This document shows, piece by piece, positions 51,512 to 64,000 of a stretch of DNA of 64,000 nucleotides. The stretch covers positions 7,316,001 through 7,380,000 of the forward strand of contig OZ024763.1 of the NCBI GenBank assembly GCA_964016885.1, given 5' to 3'. The translations under genes and the position numbers were made by a program. The notes under the pieces are model-generated. The model saw only the letters and a program-made list of their open reading frames with translations. It did no database searches and was not told the origin of the DNA. The stretch comes from Eledone cirrhosa. Lineage: Eukaryota. Each line of letters opens with the position of its first letter. Position 1 is the stretch's first letter.

Positions 51512-54291
51512 ATAACAGCTACAGAACTAATTGAAATTTAATATATATGAAACTACTTTCTATTAGCAAGCTAAATAGATGTGGTTACATTCATGCTGGT
51601 TCCGTCTTATTAACACTACATAGGACGGTGTCTTGGCAGAGGCGGTGTATTAGCAGAATCGGTAGAGGTTCAAACGCTATGCTTCCCAGCATAGAGTTAC
51701 GGCCCTTGCCATTCTGAGTTCAAATCCCGCCGAGGTTAACTTTGCCTTTCATCTTTACAGGGTCGATAAAATAAAGTACCAGTAATACACTGGGATAATT
51801 GCTGGCCTTGTGCCAAAATTAGAAACAATATAACATATAAATATTTATTTATATATATATGTGTGTGTTTTATTTGAACGTACAACTTCGCTATATAAAT
51901 CTGTTTTTATTTGTTAATAATTACATAAATGTAACTCTACAAACCCTGCTAAGGATTGAAACCCTGACTACACATTTACAGCAACAACATAATAATTTCT
52001 GGTTTAAAATAACCTTGTGTAATTCTTGGTAGAGATTGAACCTCGTCACTTTATCTCACTGTTTAGTCTTTCCAATTAACACCCTATATAAAGGCAGTTT
52101 GTTCTGACTTCACAGCTGATGTTCACAGTTGTCGAATAATTACCACCACTCATGCTAAACACACTGCCAGTTAGATCTGTGCAGCGACGAGGGAAGGTCG
52201 TGTTACTTCTACCTCTAATGAACAACATACATATGTTATCCATTAGAGAACAATACACAAGAGAAAGAATTAAATTGAGAATGTCAATCTATGGAGACAT
52301 CTTACAATATTTTTTGGGATGTAAGACCCCCTTAGTTTTAAGAACAAATGTACTGAAACACGAAATAAGAAATTAATTGAAATGGAACACACATAGATTT
52401 TAAGACATGTTTATTTTCAAGACAAAATGATTGGGGGAAGTGTAAATATGCAGCTATCCTTGTTCATGGAGTGTGTGTATATATATGTATATATATATAT
52501 GTTTATTATATTCGTACCTTTAAGGAAAGGGAAGACGGTTTTTTATTTTTTTATTTTTTTTGTTTTTTCGGGTAGAAAAGTACCCCTTATTCCCCACCCC
52601 ACAAAAAAATATATTTCGAATATGTATATTTTAATTGAAAGGTGGCTAACCATGTTAAAGGCCAAAAGTAGCAAGTGAGACGATAGGAATAATAATTTAC
52701 CTAGCTAAATGCAAAAAAATTTTAAATTATCGATGAATGATATGAGCGACACCACGTAGAGTATTCCGTAGGGACATGGACGCACGACAGAAAATATTGA
52801 AAGAATCCAGAGAAGAACAAAAAATAAAACAAAAGAATTAAGAAATCTGTCTTGAGAATAAAGATGTAAAAACTTAGAAATTACAACTTGGGAGGAGATA
52901 AAACAAAGGGGAGACATGATAGAAATATTTAAGATGATGGAAGGACTTGACATTACGGAAGAAAATGTAAATCTAAGAAGAGGATACCATTATACTGTTT
53001 ATAAGATACAATGCTCTAAAGACATCAGAAAATATATATTTCTCAAAGAGATATTAGTGAATGGAATAGTTTAAATGATGGAGTAGACGACACAACAGTA
53101 AATGATGATAAAAATATATGACAGATGAAGAACGAATGAATACATTAAAATATTTGTGATGCTGAGTAAAAGTGAGCAGAAAGCATTGTAGTGAATTTGA
53201 TCATGCTATGGCAATAAGAAAAGAACTCAGTAAATCTCGCAACGCTTCAAAATATATCAACTAACTTAGAATGGTATCAATTGGCTTGGACATAACTACA
53301 GTTTAGTCGTCACTCCATGAATTTGTTCACGGTGAATATATTTTACATGAAAATATACAGAGATCCGTCTTCCATGATGTAGATTACGATAATGTCGGTG
53401 AAACTCATTAATTTACTTCAAATACTTTCATTATTGTATGTAGTTAAGTTCGTTAAAGATTTCGTGTACTAAAAACTTACGTACTGTGTTTGTAGTCGGC
53501 TAAATATAAACTTGAAAATTCGTTAATTATGCCTGTCTTCCAATCTCATGTTGATAAAGTATAATATCAATCAGAATAATGTCATAGATTTTCTACATAA
53601 TCGGAATGTCATTTCTAAAACTACGAATTACTTGAAAAATTACAAAACACAACACAAAAACAATGTTTACCTTCGAAAGTATATGTCTATAAAATATGTA
53701 TTATTAGAAGTAAGTTTTAAGAAAACGAGTCAGATGTGAGAGGAGGGGCATTAAACTGTATTTATGTCGTGAAAAATGTCTAACTTCAGACATTAAATTG
53801 CGGCTAAGATTCTTTCTGCTATCGAGTGTTCCTTTGAACGTCAATTTTTAAATATTTGTCTCTCTTTAAAGATGGATTATCTTTTGAAAAACTAATGTTA
53901 GATTATTCGTGGTTGGTCTGTGTGGTTTGTTTTAAAATAGAATCTGTCTCATAGACAGGTCAAATTTGATCAAGTCGAACATGTCTGTAAAACGAAATAT
54001 TGCGTAAAAGACACACCTTATGTTTATCTCGGGTATTGCGGTAGATATCCTGATGTCTCCAGTTTGTAAAGTAATCCACAAAGCAAAAGACAACATCCAG
54101 TTAACCTTGGTAATCCAGTTTCGCCGTAGCCGCCATTTGCAATAGAATATAAGCAGAAACAAAAACAAAAGGCCACACTGGACAGTTAATGTATTGAAAA
54201 TCACAATAAAAATAAAACTACTGAATAAAAATGTCTTACTGTCATTATTTAATTTTTTTCATTTATTTATTGCTAACACATACTTTAACTA

Positions 54292-54322
<31 letters not shown>

Positions 54323-55062
54323 GATAAACTCTCTTTGTTTGTAACTGAGGCAGAAGTCAGAAATTTACGGTGAGAATTCGATCGATTAAATTGATCCCAC
54401 TATGTGACTGGTACTATATTTTATCTCTCCAAAAATAAAAATGTTAAATTAATCAGGGCCAGATTTTCACCGAGATGAGAACACAAAAAGGTGAAGTAAT
54501 ATCAATTAAAAATTTATGTGTTATTATTTTATCATTTAGTTACAAAGTCGTGTGAGACTTGGTAGTTAAGTATTTAATGTAGTTTGTGGTGCTGTCAGGA
54601 GTTCAATATTTAGCTGCGGATATAGAATTTCTTTTATTTTTAAGAAACGAAAAACATACATATCGCTATTTAGTTGAAATTGTATAAAATTACTGCAAAA
54701 CATATCATTGTAGGTTCAGATCTTACACTGCTACATATATTATCTATATAGAAATCGTGTTTAACAATTTACGGGCGTATTGTACGAGGTGGGAATATTT
54801 CACACACACACAAACCAGGTATGATAGATTTAAAGTTAGTAAATATTATTGTAGACGGGGACATTGTAGGTTCAAATCAACCGTAGAGCGATAAGAAACA
54901 AAGTGAAGATTTAATTTATCAAAGACCCAGGAGGATGAAAGACAGAGTCGACCCCTTTTAGTATTTATAACATTGAGTAAGGCATGAACGCCACCACATC
55001 AATTTTGCTTGAAAATAGTAAAGTAGGTTTATAAATATTAATTTTCAATCACTTTTTGTAGC

Positions 55063-55134
55063 AAGTTTCGGTGGCCTTGTGGAAGGTATGGGAGACGGTG
55101 AAGATCCTGGTGTCGGGTTCAATCTTGGCCAGGA
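55063..55134 (+). ncRNA. Double-hairpin tRNA-like Pol III element (duplicate of 18187)
   Basis: Same motifs. Confidence 0.65.
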
Positions 55135-55208
55135 CTAGAGGGGTCTTAGTGAAAAAATTAAAAGTTTTTTTATTTTATCTCTAGTAAAATGAAAAGCGTT
55201 AGTGTAGT

Positions 55209-55280
55209 TCCTGGTCGAGATTGAACCGTAGACCAGGATCTTCACCGTCTCTATCACATACCATTAGCCCACAGAGACTG
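55209..55280 (-). ncRNA. Double-hairpin tRNA-like Pol III element (duplicate of 18333)
   Basis: Same motifs. Confidence 0.65.
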
Positions 55281-58200
55281 CCACAAAAGTACTATGAACA
55301 TTTATATTTATAAAGCAACTTTTCTATATCCAAGCAAACTTGATGTGGTGGCCTTCATGTCTTTTTCTATGTTATTCGCACTACCAACGATGGAGCTTTC
55401 AGAAACCCACCTTGTATTTCCAAGCATAATAGATGTTGTGGCATTCATGCCTTTCTCAGCATTATCAATACTTCAAAAGGATCGACATGGGATTTTTATT
55501 CTTCTGGCAATTTCAGAAAATATATCTTCACTTACTTTCTCTAAGGTTCATTTCATCCTCCAACTCGATAATCTGCAGTGGCCTTCTTCAACTGTCATAC
55601 CTCACTATTAAATTTATTGATGTCCTTCGTTAAAAATAACCTACTGTAATTCTTGATAGAGATTCAACCCTATCACTTTATCTCACTATTTATTCAGGGA
55701 CCAAGATCGGAGAATATTGATAAGGGCAGAAGATTGTATCCTTATTTGGTCCGACTTTCCAGTTAACCCGGTATAAAAATGGCACTATGTTGGGACTTAA
55801 CGCTAAACACGTGATGTTCACCGTTGTCAGCTAAACACACTGCCAGTTTGCTATCTGCAGCGGTGAAAGAAGGTCGTGTTATTTCTACCTCTCACATACC
55901 ACATACATTCTTTTATCGGTTAGATAACCATATAGAAGAGATAGAATGAATATGAGAATGTCAGTCTTTTAAAAGTATAGTTTATTATATTAGAGCAAAA
56001 TCTTGAATTAACGATAGTTTGTGACACTAAACGTAAAATGGACGAAGCAACAATACGAACATTGTAAAACAAATTAATTATTATAAGAAGGAGAAATGAT
56101 TGCATCTTCAAGGGCCACACAATCTATTGAAAATCGAAATGAGATATTGATTGAAATGGAACACTCACGGAGACATCATACGGCATTTTTCGGAATATAT
56201 TGTTTCGAGGAAGAGTTATAAATAGGGATATACTTATACATGGCTAGTACGAACATATATAATTATCATATTCGTATCTTGGATGTATAAGACGCCAGCA
56301 GGTTTTAACATCGAATTTTTATGTAAAAATGTGTCTCTTGTTTCACCCACTCCAACAAAATCGGAATATGTAACAATTTGAATTTAAGGTTAACTAACCA
56401 TCTCACATAAAAAAACCCACAACACCAAGTCGGATTATAGGAATGATAAAATATTACTATACCTACCAACATACAGAAATATTGAAACTCTAGATAAATG
56501 ATATGTGTGATACTACTTAGAATATTATTTGCAGGTATGGTCACCCGACTTCCGAAAGGAGAGAGAAGCTATTGAAGGAATCCAGAGAAGAAAGAAGCAT
56601 GAAATACCAGAATTATTAACAAATCTGTCTTGACAAGAAAGGTGTAAAAATCTAGGAATTACAACTTTGGAGGAGATAAAACTAAGGGGAGACACGACAG
56701 AAATATGTATGATAATGAAAGGACTTGAAAATCAGAAGGAAATGTAAGAAGAGGACACCATTATACTGTTTATAAGATACAATGCTCTAAAGACATCAGA
56801 AAATATATATTTCTCAAAGAGATATTAGTGAATTGAATAGTTTAAATGATGGAGTAGACGACACAACAGTAAATGATTATAAAAAGATATGACAGATGAA
56901 GAACGAATGAATAGATTGAAATATTTGTGATGCTGAGTAAAAGTGAGCGGAAAGCATTGTCGTGAATTTGAACTTGCTATGCCTTCCAATCTCATATTGA
57001 AAACGTATAATATTAATCAGGATAATGTCATAGATTTTCTACATGATCGGAATGACAATTCTAAAACTACGAATTACTAGAAAAGGTGAAAATATAAACA
57101 AAACACAACATTATATCTCTATAAAATATGTATTATTGGAGGATTTGAGGAAAGGAATCGGATATGAGAGGAGGGGCATTAAACTATATTTATGTCGTGA
57201 AAAATGTCTAACTTCAGACATTAAATTGTGGCTGAGATTCTTTCTGCCATCGAGTGTTCCTTTGAACGTCAGTTTTTAAATATTTGTCTCTTTAAAGATG
57301 GATTATCTTTTGTAAAACTAATTTTAGATTATTCATGGTTGGTCTGTGTGGTTTGTTTTGAAATAGCATCTCTGTCTCGTCGACAGGTCAAATTTGATCA
57401 AGTCGAACACAAGTCTTTAAAGCGAAATATTGCGTAAAAGACAGACCTTATGTTTATCTCGGGTATTGCGGTAAATATCCTGATGTCTCAAGTTTGTAAA
57501 GTAATCCAAGAAGCAAAAGACAACATCCAGTAAACCTTGGTAATAATCCAGTTTCTCCGTAGCCGCCATTTGCAATAGAAAATAAGAAGAAACAAAAACA
57601 AAAGGCACACTGGGCAGTTAATGTATTGAAAATCATAATAAAAATAAAACTACTGAATAAAAATGTCTTACTTTTATTATTTAATTTGTTTCATTTAATT
57701 ATTGCTAACACATACTTTAATATATATGTATATATTTACACATACAGATACACCCTCTTTGTTTGTAACTGAGGCAAAAGGCAGAAATTTACGGGGAGAA
57801 TTCGATCATTTAAATTGGTCCCAGTATGTGACTCGTACTATATTTTATCTATCCAAAAATAAAAATGTTAAATTAATCAGGGCCAGATTTTCACCGAGAT
57901 GAGAACACAAAAAGGTGAAGTAATATCAATTAAAAATTGAGGTGTTATTATTTTATCATTTAGTTACAAAGTCGTGTGAGACTTGGTAGTTAAGTATTTA
58001 ATGTAGTTTGTGGTGCTGTCAGGAGTTCAATATTTAGCTGCGGATATAGAATTTCTTTTATTTTTAAGAAACGAAAAACATATACATATCGCTATTTAGT
58101 TGAAATTGTATAAAATTACTGCAAAACATATCATTGTAGGTTCAGATCTTACACTGCTACATATATTATCTATATAGAAATCGGGTTTAACAATTTACGG

Positions 58201-58488
58201 GCGTATTGTACGAGGTGGGAATATTTCACACACACACAAACCAGGTATGATAGATTTCAAGTTAGTAAATATTATTGTAGACGGGGACATTGTAGGTTCA
58301 AATCAACCGTAGAGCGATAAGAAACAAAGTGAAGATTTAATTTATCAAAGACCCAGGAGGATGAAAGACAGAGTCGACCCCTTTTAGTATTTATAACATT
58401 GAGTAAGGCATGAACGCCACCACATCAATTTTGCTTGAAAATAGTAAAGTAGGTTTATAAATATTAATTTTCAATCACTTTTTGTAGC

Positions 58489-58560
58489 AAGTTTCGGTGG
58501 CCTTGTGGAAGGTATGGGAGACGGTGAAGATCCTGGTGTCGGGTTCAATCTTGGCCAGGA
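58489..58560 (+). ncRNA. Double-hairpin tRNA-like Pol III element in the extra subunit
   Basis: Same sequence as 55063-55134. Confidence 0.65.
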
Positions 58561-58634
58561 CTAGAGGGGTCTTAGTGAAAAAATTAAAAGTTTTTTTATT
58601 TTATCTCTAGTAAAATGAAAAGCGTTAGTGTAGT

Positions 58635-58706
58635 TCCTGGTCGAGATTGAACCGTAGACCAGGATCTTCACCGTCTCTATCACATACCATTAGCCCACAG
58701 AGACTG
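58635..58706 (-). ncRNA. Double-hairpin tRNA-like Pol III element in the extra subunit
   Basis: Same sequence as 55209-55280. Confidence 0.65.
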
Positions 58707-61700
58707 CCACAAAAGTACTATGAACATTTATATTTATAAAGCAACTTTTCTATATCCAAGCAAACTTGATGTGGTGGCCTTCATGTCTTTTTCTATGTTA
58801 TTCGCACTACCAACGATGGAGCTTTCAGAAACCCACCTTGTATTTCCAAGCATAATAGATGTTGTGGCATTCATGCCTTTCTCAGCATTATCAATACTTC
58901 AAAAGGGTCGACATGGGATTTTTATTCTTCTGGCAATTTCAGAAAATATATCTTCACTTACTTTCTCTAAGGTTCATTTCATCCTCCAACTCGATAATCT
59001 GCAGTGGCCTTCTTCAACTGTCATACCTCACTATTAAATTTATTGATGTCCTTCGTTAAAAATAACCTACTGTAATTCTTGATAGAGATTCAACCCTATC
59101 ACTTTATCTCACTATTTATTCAGGGACCAAGATCGGAGAATGTTGATAAGGGCAGAAGATTGTATCCTTATTTGGTCCGACTTTCCAGTTAACCCGGTAT
59201 AAAAATGGCACTATGTTGGGACTTAACGCTAAACACGTGATGTTCACCGTTGTCAGCTAAACACACTGCCAGTTTGCTATCTGCAGCGGTGAAAGAAGGT
59301 CGTGTTATTTCTACCTCTCACATACATTCTTTTATCGGTTAGATAACCATATAGAAGAGATAGAATGAATATGAGAATGTCAGTCTTTTAAAAGTATAGT
59401 TTATTATATTAGAGCAAAATCTTGAATTAACGATAGTTTGTGACACTAAACGTAAAATGGACGAAGCAACAATACGAACATTGTAAAACAAATTAATTAT
59501 TATAAGAAGGAGAAATGATTGCATCTTCAAGGGCCACACAATCTATTGAAAATCGAAATGAGATATTGATTGAAATGGAACACTCACGGAGACATAATAC
59601 GGCATTTTTCGGAATATATTGTTTTGAGGAAGAGTTATAAATAGGGATATACTTATACATGGCTAGTACAAACATATATAATTATCATATTCGTATCTTG
59701 GATATATAAGACGCCAGCAGGTTTTAACATCGAATTTTTATGTAAAAATGTGTCTCTTGTTTCACCCACCCCAACAAAATCGGAATATGTAACAATTTGA
59801 ATTTAAGGTTAACTAACCATCTCACATAAAAAAACCCACAACACCAAGTCGGATTATAGGAATGATAAAATATTACTATACCTACCAACATACAGAAATA
59901 TTGAAACTCTAGATAAATGATATGTGTGATACTACTTAGAATATTATTTGCAGGTATGGTCACCCGACTTCCGAAAGGAGAGAGAAGCTATTGAAGGAAT
60001 CCAGAGAAGAAAGAAGCATGAAATACCAGAATTATTAACAAATCTGTCTTGACAAGAAAGGTGTAAAAATCTAGGAATTACAACTTTGGAGGAGATAAAA
60101 CTAAGGGGAGACACGACAGAAATATTTATGATAATGAAAGGACTTGAAAATCAGAAGAAAATGTAAGAAGAGGACACCATTATACTGTTTATAAGATACA
60201 ATGCTCTAAAGACATCAGAAAATATATATTTCTCAAAGAGATATTAGTGAATTGAATAGTTTAAATGATGGAGTAGACGACACAACAGTAAATGATTATA
60301 AAAAGATATGACAGATGAAGAACGAATGAATAGATTGAAATATTTGTGATGCTGAGTAAAAGTGAGCGGAAAGCATTGTCGTGAATTTGAACTTGCTATG
60401 CCTTCCAATCTCATATTGAAAACGTATAATATTAATCAGGATAATGTCATAGATTTTCTACATGATCGGAATGACAATTCTAAAACTACGAATTACTAGA
60501 AAAGGTGAAAATATAAACAAAACACAACATTATATCTCTATAAAATATGTATTATTGGAGAATTTGAGGAAAGGAATCGGATATGAGAGGAGGGGCATTA
60601 AACTATATTTATGTCGTGAAAAATGTCTAACTTCAGACATTAAATTGTGGCTGAGATTCTTTCTGCCATCGAGTGTTCCTTTGAACGTCAGTTTTTAAAT
60701 ATTTGTCTCTTTAAAGATGGATTATCTTTTGTAAAACTAATTTTAGATTATTCATGGTTGGTCTGTGTGGTTTGTTTTGAAATAGCATCTCTGTCTCGTC
60801 GACAGGTCAAATTTGATCAAGTCGAACACAAGTCTTTAAAACGAAATATTGCGTAAAAGACACACCTTATGTTTATCTCGGGTATTGCGGTAAATATCCT
60901 GATGTCTCAAGTTTGTAAAGTAATCCAAGAAGCAAAAGACAACATCCAGTAAACCTTGGTAATAATCCAGTTTCTCCGTAGCCGCCATTTGCAATAGAAA
61001 ATAAGAAGAAACAAAAAGAAAAGGCACACTGGACAGTTAATGTATTGAAAATCATAATAAAAATAAAACTACTGAATAAAAATGTCTTACTTTTATTATT
61101 TAATTTGTTTCATTTATTTATTGCTAACACATACTTTAATATATATGTATATATTTACACATACAGATACACCCTCTTTGTTTGTAACCGAGGCAAAAGG
61201 CAGAAATTTACGGGGAGAATTCGATCATTTAAATTGGTCCCAGTATGTGACTCGTACTATATTTTATCTATCCAAAAATAAAAATGTTAAATTAATCAGG
61301 GCCAGATTTTCACCGAGATGAGAACACAAAAAGGTGAAGTAATATCAATTAAAAATTGAGGTGTTATTATTTTATCATTTAGTTACAAAGTCGTGTGAGA
61401 CTTGGTAGTTAAGTATTTAATGTAGTTTGTGGTGCTGTCAGGAGTTCAATATTTAGCTGCGGATATAGAATTTCTTTTATTTTTAAGAAACGAAAAACAT
61501 ATACATATCGCTATTTAGTTGAAATTGTGTAAAATTACTGCAAAACATATCATTGTAGGTTCAGATCTTAAACTGCTACATATATTATCTATATAGAAAT
61601 CGTGTTTAACAATTTACGGGCGTATTGTACGAGGTGGGAATATTTCACACACACACAGACACACACACAAACCAGGTATGATAGATTTAAAGTTAGTAAA

Positions 61701-61919
61701 TATTATTGTAGACGGGGACATTGTAGGTTCAAATCAACCGTAGAGCGATAAGAAACAAAGTGAAGATTTAATTTATCAAAGACCCAGGAGGATGAAAGAC
61801 AAAGTCGACCCTTTTTAGTATTTATAACATTGAGTAAGGCATGAACGCCACCACATCAATTTTGCTTGAAAATAGTAAAGTAGATTTATAAATATTAATT
61901 TTCCATAACTTTTTGTAGC

Positions 61920-61991
61920 AAGTTTCGGTGGCCTGGTGGAAGGTATGAGAGACGGTGAAGATACTGGTCTCGGGTTCAATCTTGGCCAAGA
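61920..61991 (+). ncRNA. Double-hairpin tRNA-like Pol III element (duplicate of 21635)
   Basis: Same motifs. Confidence 0.65.
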
Positions 61992-62065
61992 CTAGAGGTG
62001 TCTTAATGAAAAAATTCAAAAATTTTTCATTTTATCTCTAGTAAAATGAAAAACGTTAGTGTAGT

Positions 62066-62137
62066 TCCTGGCCGAGATTGAACCAGAGACTAGGATCTTC
62101 ACCTTCTCTAACACATACCATTAGCCCACAGAGACTG
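62066..62137 (-). ncRNA. Double-hairpin tRNA-like Pol III element (duplicate of 21781)
   Basis: Same motifs, with a substitution in the first stem. Confidence 0.6.
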
Positions 62138-64000
62138 CCACAAAAGTACTATGAAAATTTATATTTATAAAGCTACTTTTCTATATCCAAGCAAACTTGA
62201 TGTGGTGGCCTTCATGTCTTTTTCTATGTTATTCGCACTACCAACGATGGAGCTTTCAGAAACCCACCTTGTATTTCCAAGCATAATAGATGTTGTGGCA
62301 TTCATGCCCTTCTCAGCATTATCAATACTTCGAAAGGGTCGACATTGGATTTTTATTCTTCTGGCAATTTGAGAAAATATATCTTCACTTACTTTCTCTA
62401 AGGTTCATTTCATCCTACAACCCGATAATCTGCAGTGGCCTTCTTCAACTGTCATACCTCACTATTAAATTTATTGATGTCCTTCGTTAAAAATAACCTA
62501 CTGTAATTCTTGCTAGAGATTCAACCCTATCACTTTATCTCACTGCTTATTCAGGGACCAAGGTCCTCAATCTCAGAGAATATTGATAAGGAGAGCAGAT
62601 TGTATCCTTATTTGGTCCGTCTTTCCAGTTAACACGGTATATAAATGGTACTTTGTTGGGATTTAATACTAAACACGTGACGTTCACCGTTGTCAGCTAA
62701 ACACACTGCCAGTTTGCTATCTGCAGCGGTGAAAGAAGGTCGTGTTATTTCTACATCTCACATACATTGTTTTATTCATTAGATAACAATATAGAAGATA
62801 AAGAATGAATGTGAGAATGTCAGTCTTTTAAAAGTACAATTTATGATATTAAAGCAAAATCTTGAATTAACGATAGTTTGTGAAACTAAAGTTAAAATGG
62901 ACGAAGCAACAATTGTATGACAAATTGTTTATTGATAAGAAGGAGAAATGATTGCATCTTCAACGGCAATACAATCTATTGAAAATCGAACACTTACAGA
63001 GACCTCATACAGGATTTTTCGGAATACATTTTGAAGAAGAGTTAAAAATAGGGAGATACATATACATGGCTAGTATATACTTTAATTATCATATTTGTAT
63101 CTTGAACGTATAAGACGCCAGCAAGTTTTAACATCGAATACTGATGTAAAATTGTGTTTTTTTGTTTCACCCACCCCCAACAAATGTGGAATATGTATCA
63201 ATTTGAATTTAAAGGTAGCTAACCATCTCACAGGAAAAGACCACAACACCAAGTCGGATTATAGGAATGATGAAATATTACTTTACCTACCTAAATACAG
63301 AAATATTAAAACTCTAGATAAATGATCTGTGTGATACTACTTAGAATATTATTTGCAGGTCTGGTCACCCGACTTCCGAAAGGAGAGAGAAGCTATTGAA
63401 GGAATCCAGAGAAGAAAAAAGCATGAAATACCAGAATTCTTGAGAAGAAAGATGTAAAAAGCCAGGAATTACGACTTTGGAGGAGATAAAGCTAAGGGGA
63501 GACACGACAGAAATATTTAAGATAATGAAAGGATTTGAAATTACAGAAGAAAATGTAAGAAGAGGACACCATTATACTGTTTATAAGATACAATGTTCTA
63601 AAGACATCAGAAAATATATATTTCTCAAAGAGATATTAGTGAATGGAATAGTTTAAATGATGGAGTAGACGACACAACAGTAAATGATTATAAAAAGATA
63701 TGACAGATGAAGAACGAAATATTTGTGATGCTGAGTAAAAGTGAGCAGAAAGCATTGTAGTGAATTTGATCATGCTATGGCAATAAGAAAAGAACTCAGT
63801 AAATCTCGCAATACTTCAAAATATATCAACTAACTTAGAATTGTATCAACTGGCTTGGACATAACTACAGTTTAGTCGTCACTCCATGTTAACGGTGAAT
63901 CTAATTTCATGAAAATATACAGAGATCTGTCTTCCATCCTTGGTGTGTATATAAATGTATGGAAATAGGAAAATCTGCTTCGTAGAATCAAGACGTATCT

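Larger units (their letters stand above)
35191..64000 (+). repeat. Copy 2 of the duplication (equivalent to 1-23737 plus one extra ~3.4-kb subunit)
   Basis: Near-identical to copy 1 apart from SNPs, small indels and satellite length. The window end (agaatcaagacgtatct) matches 23721-23737. Confidence 0.95.

Overview
AT-rich, repeat-dense eukaryotic DNA. The SINE, RTE-LINE and microsatellite content looks like a cephalopod (Octopus-like) genome, but that is an inference. No intact protein-coding gene can be supported, and the long ORFs in the track are translations of simple repeats. The window holds a ~35.2-kb near-identical direct duplication: 35191-64000 copies 1-23737 and adds one extra ~3.4-kb subunit. 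Nested inside are older ~3.4-kb subunits, each with a GATA-CArG-TATA promoter-like block, a CR1-type LINE fragment, a short exon-like block with AATAAA, and a tail-to-tail inverted pair of ~72-nt tRNA-derived elements. These elements are the most interesting feature: 19 copies, each with a conserved upstream block plus TATA, A and B boxes and a downstream oligo-T. They do not fold as a cloverleaf. They fold as two tandem hairpins whose stems show compensatory substitutions between copies, suggesting an undescribed Pol III ncRNA gene family. Also present are Penelope-like remnants with hammerhead-ribozyme motifs, a phase-compatible three-exon gene fragment with a frameshift, MITEs, SINEs, a 24-31-bp minisatellite and 4-5-kb CT/CCAT tracts.
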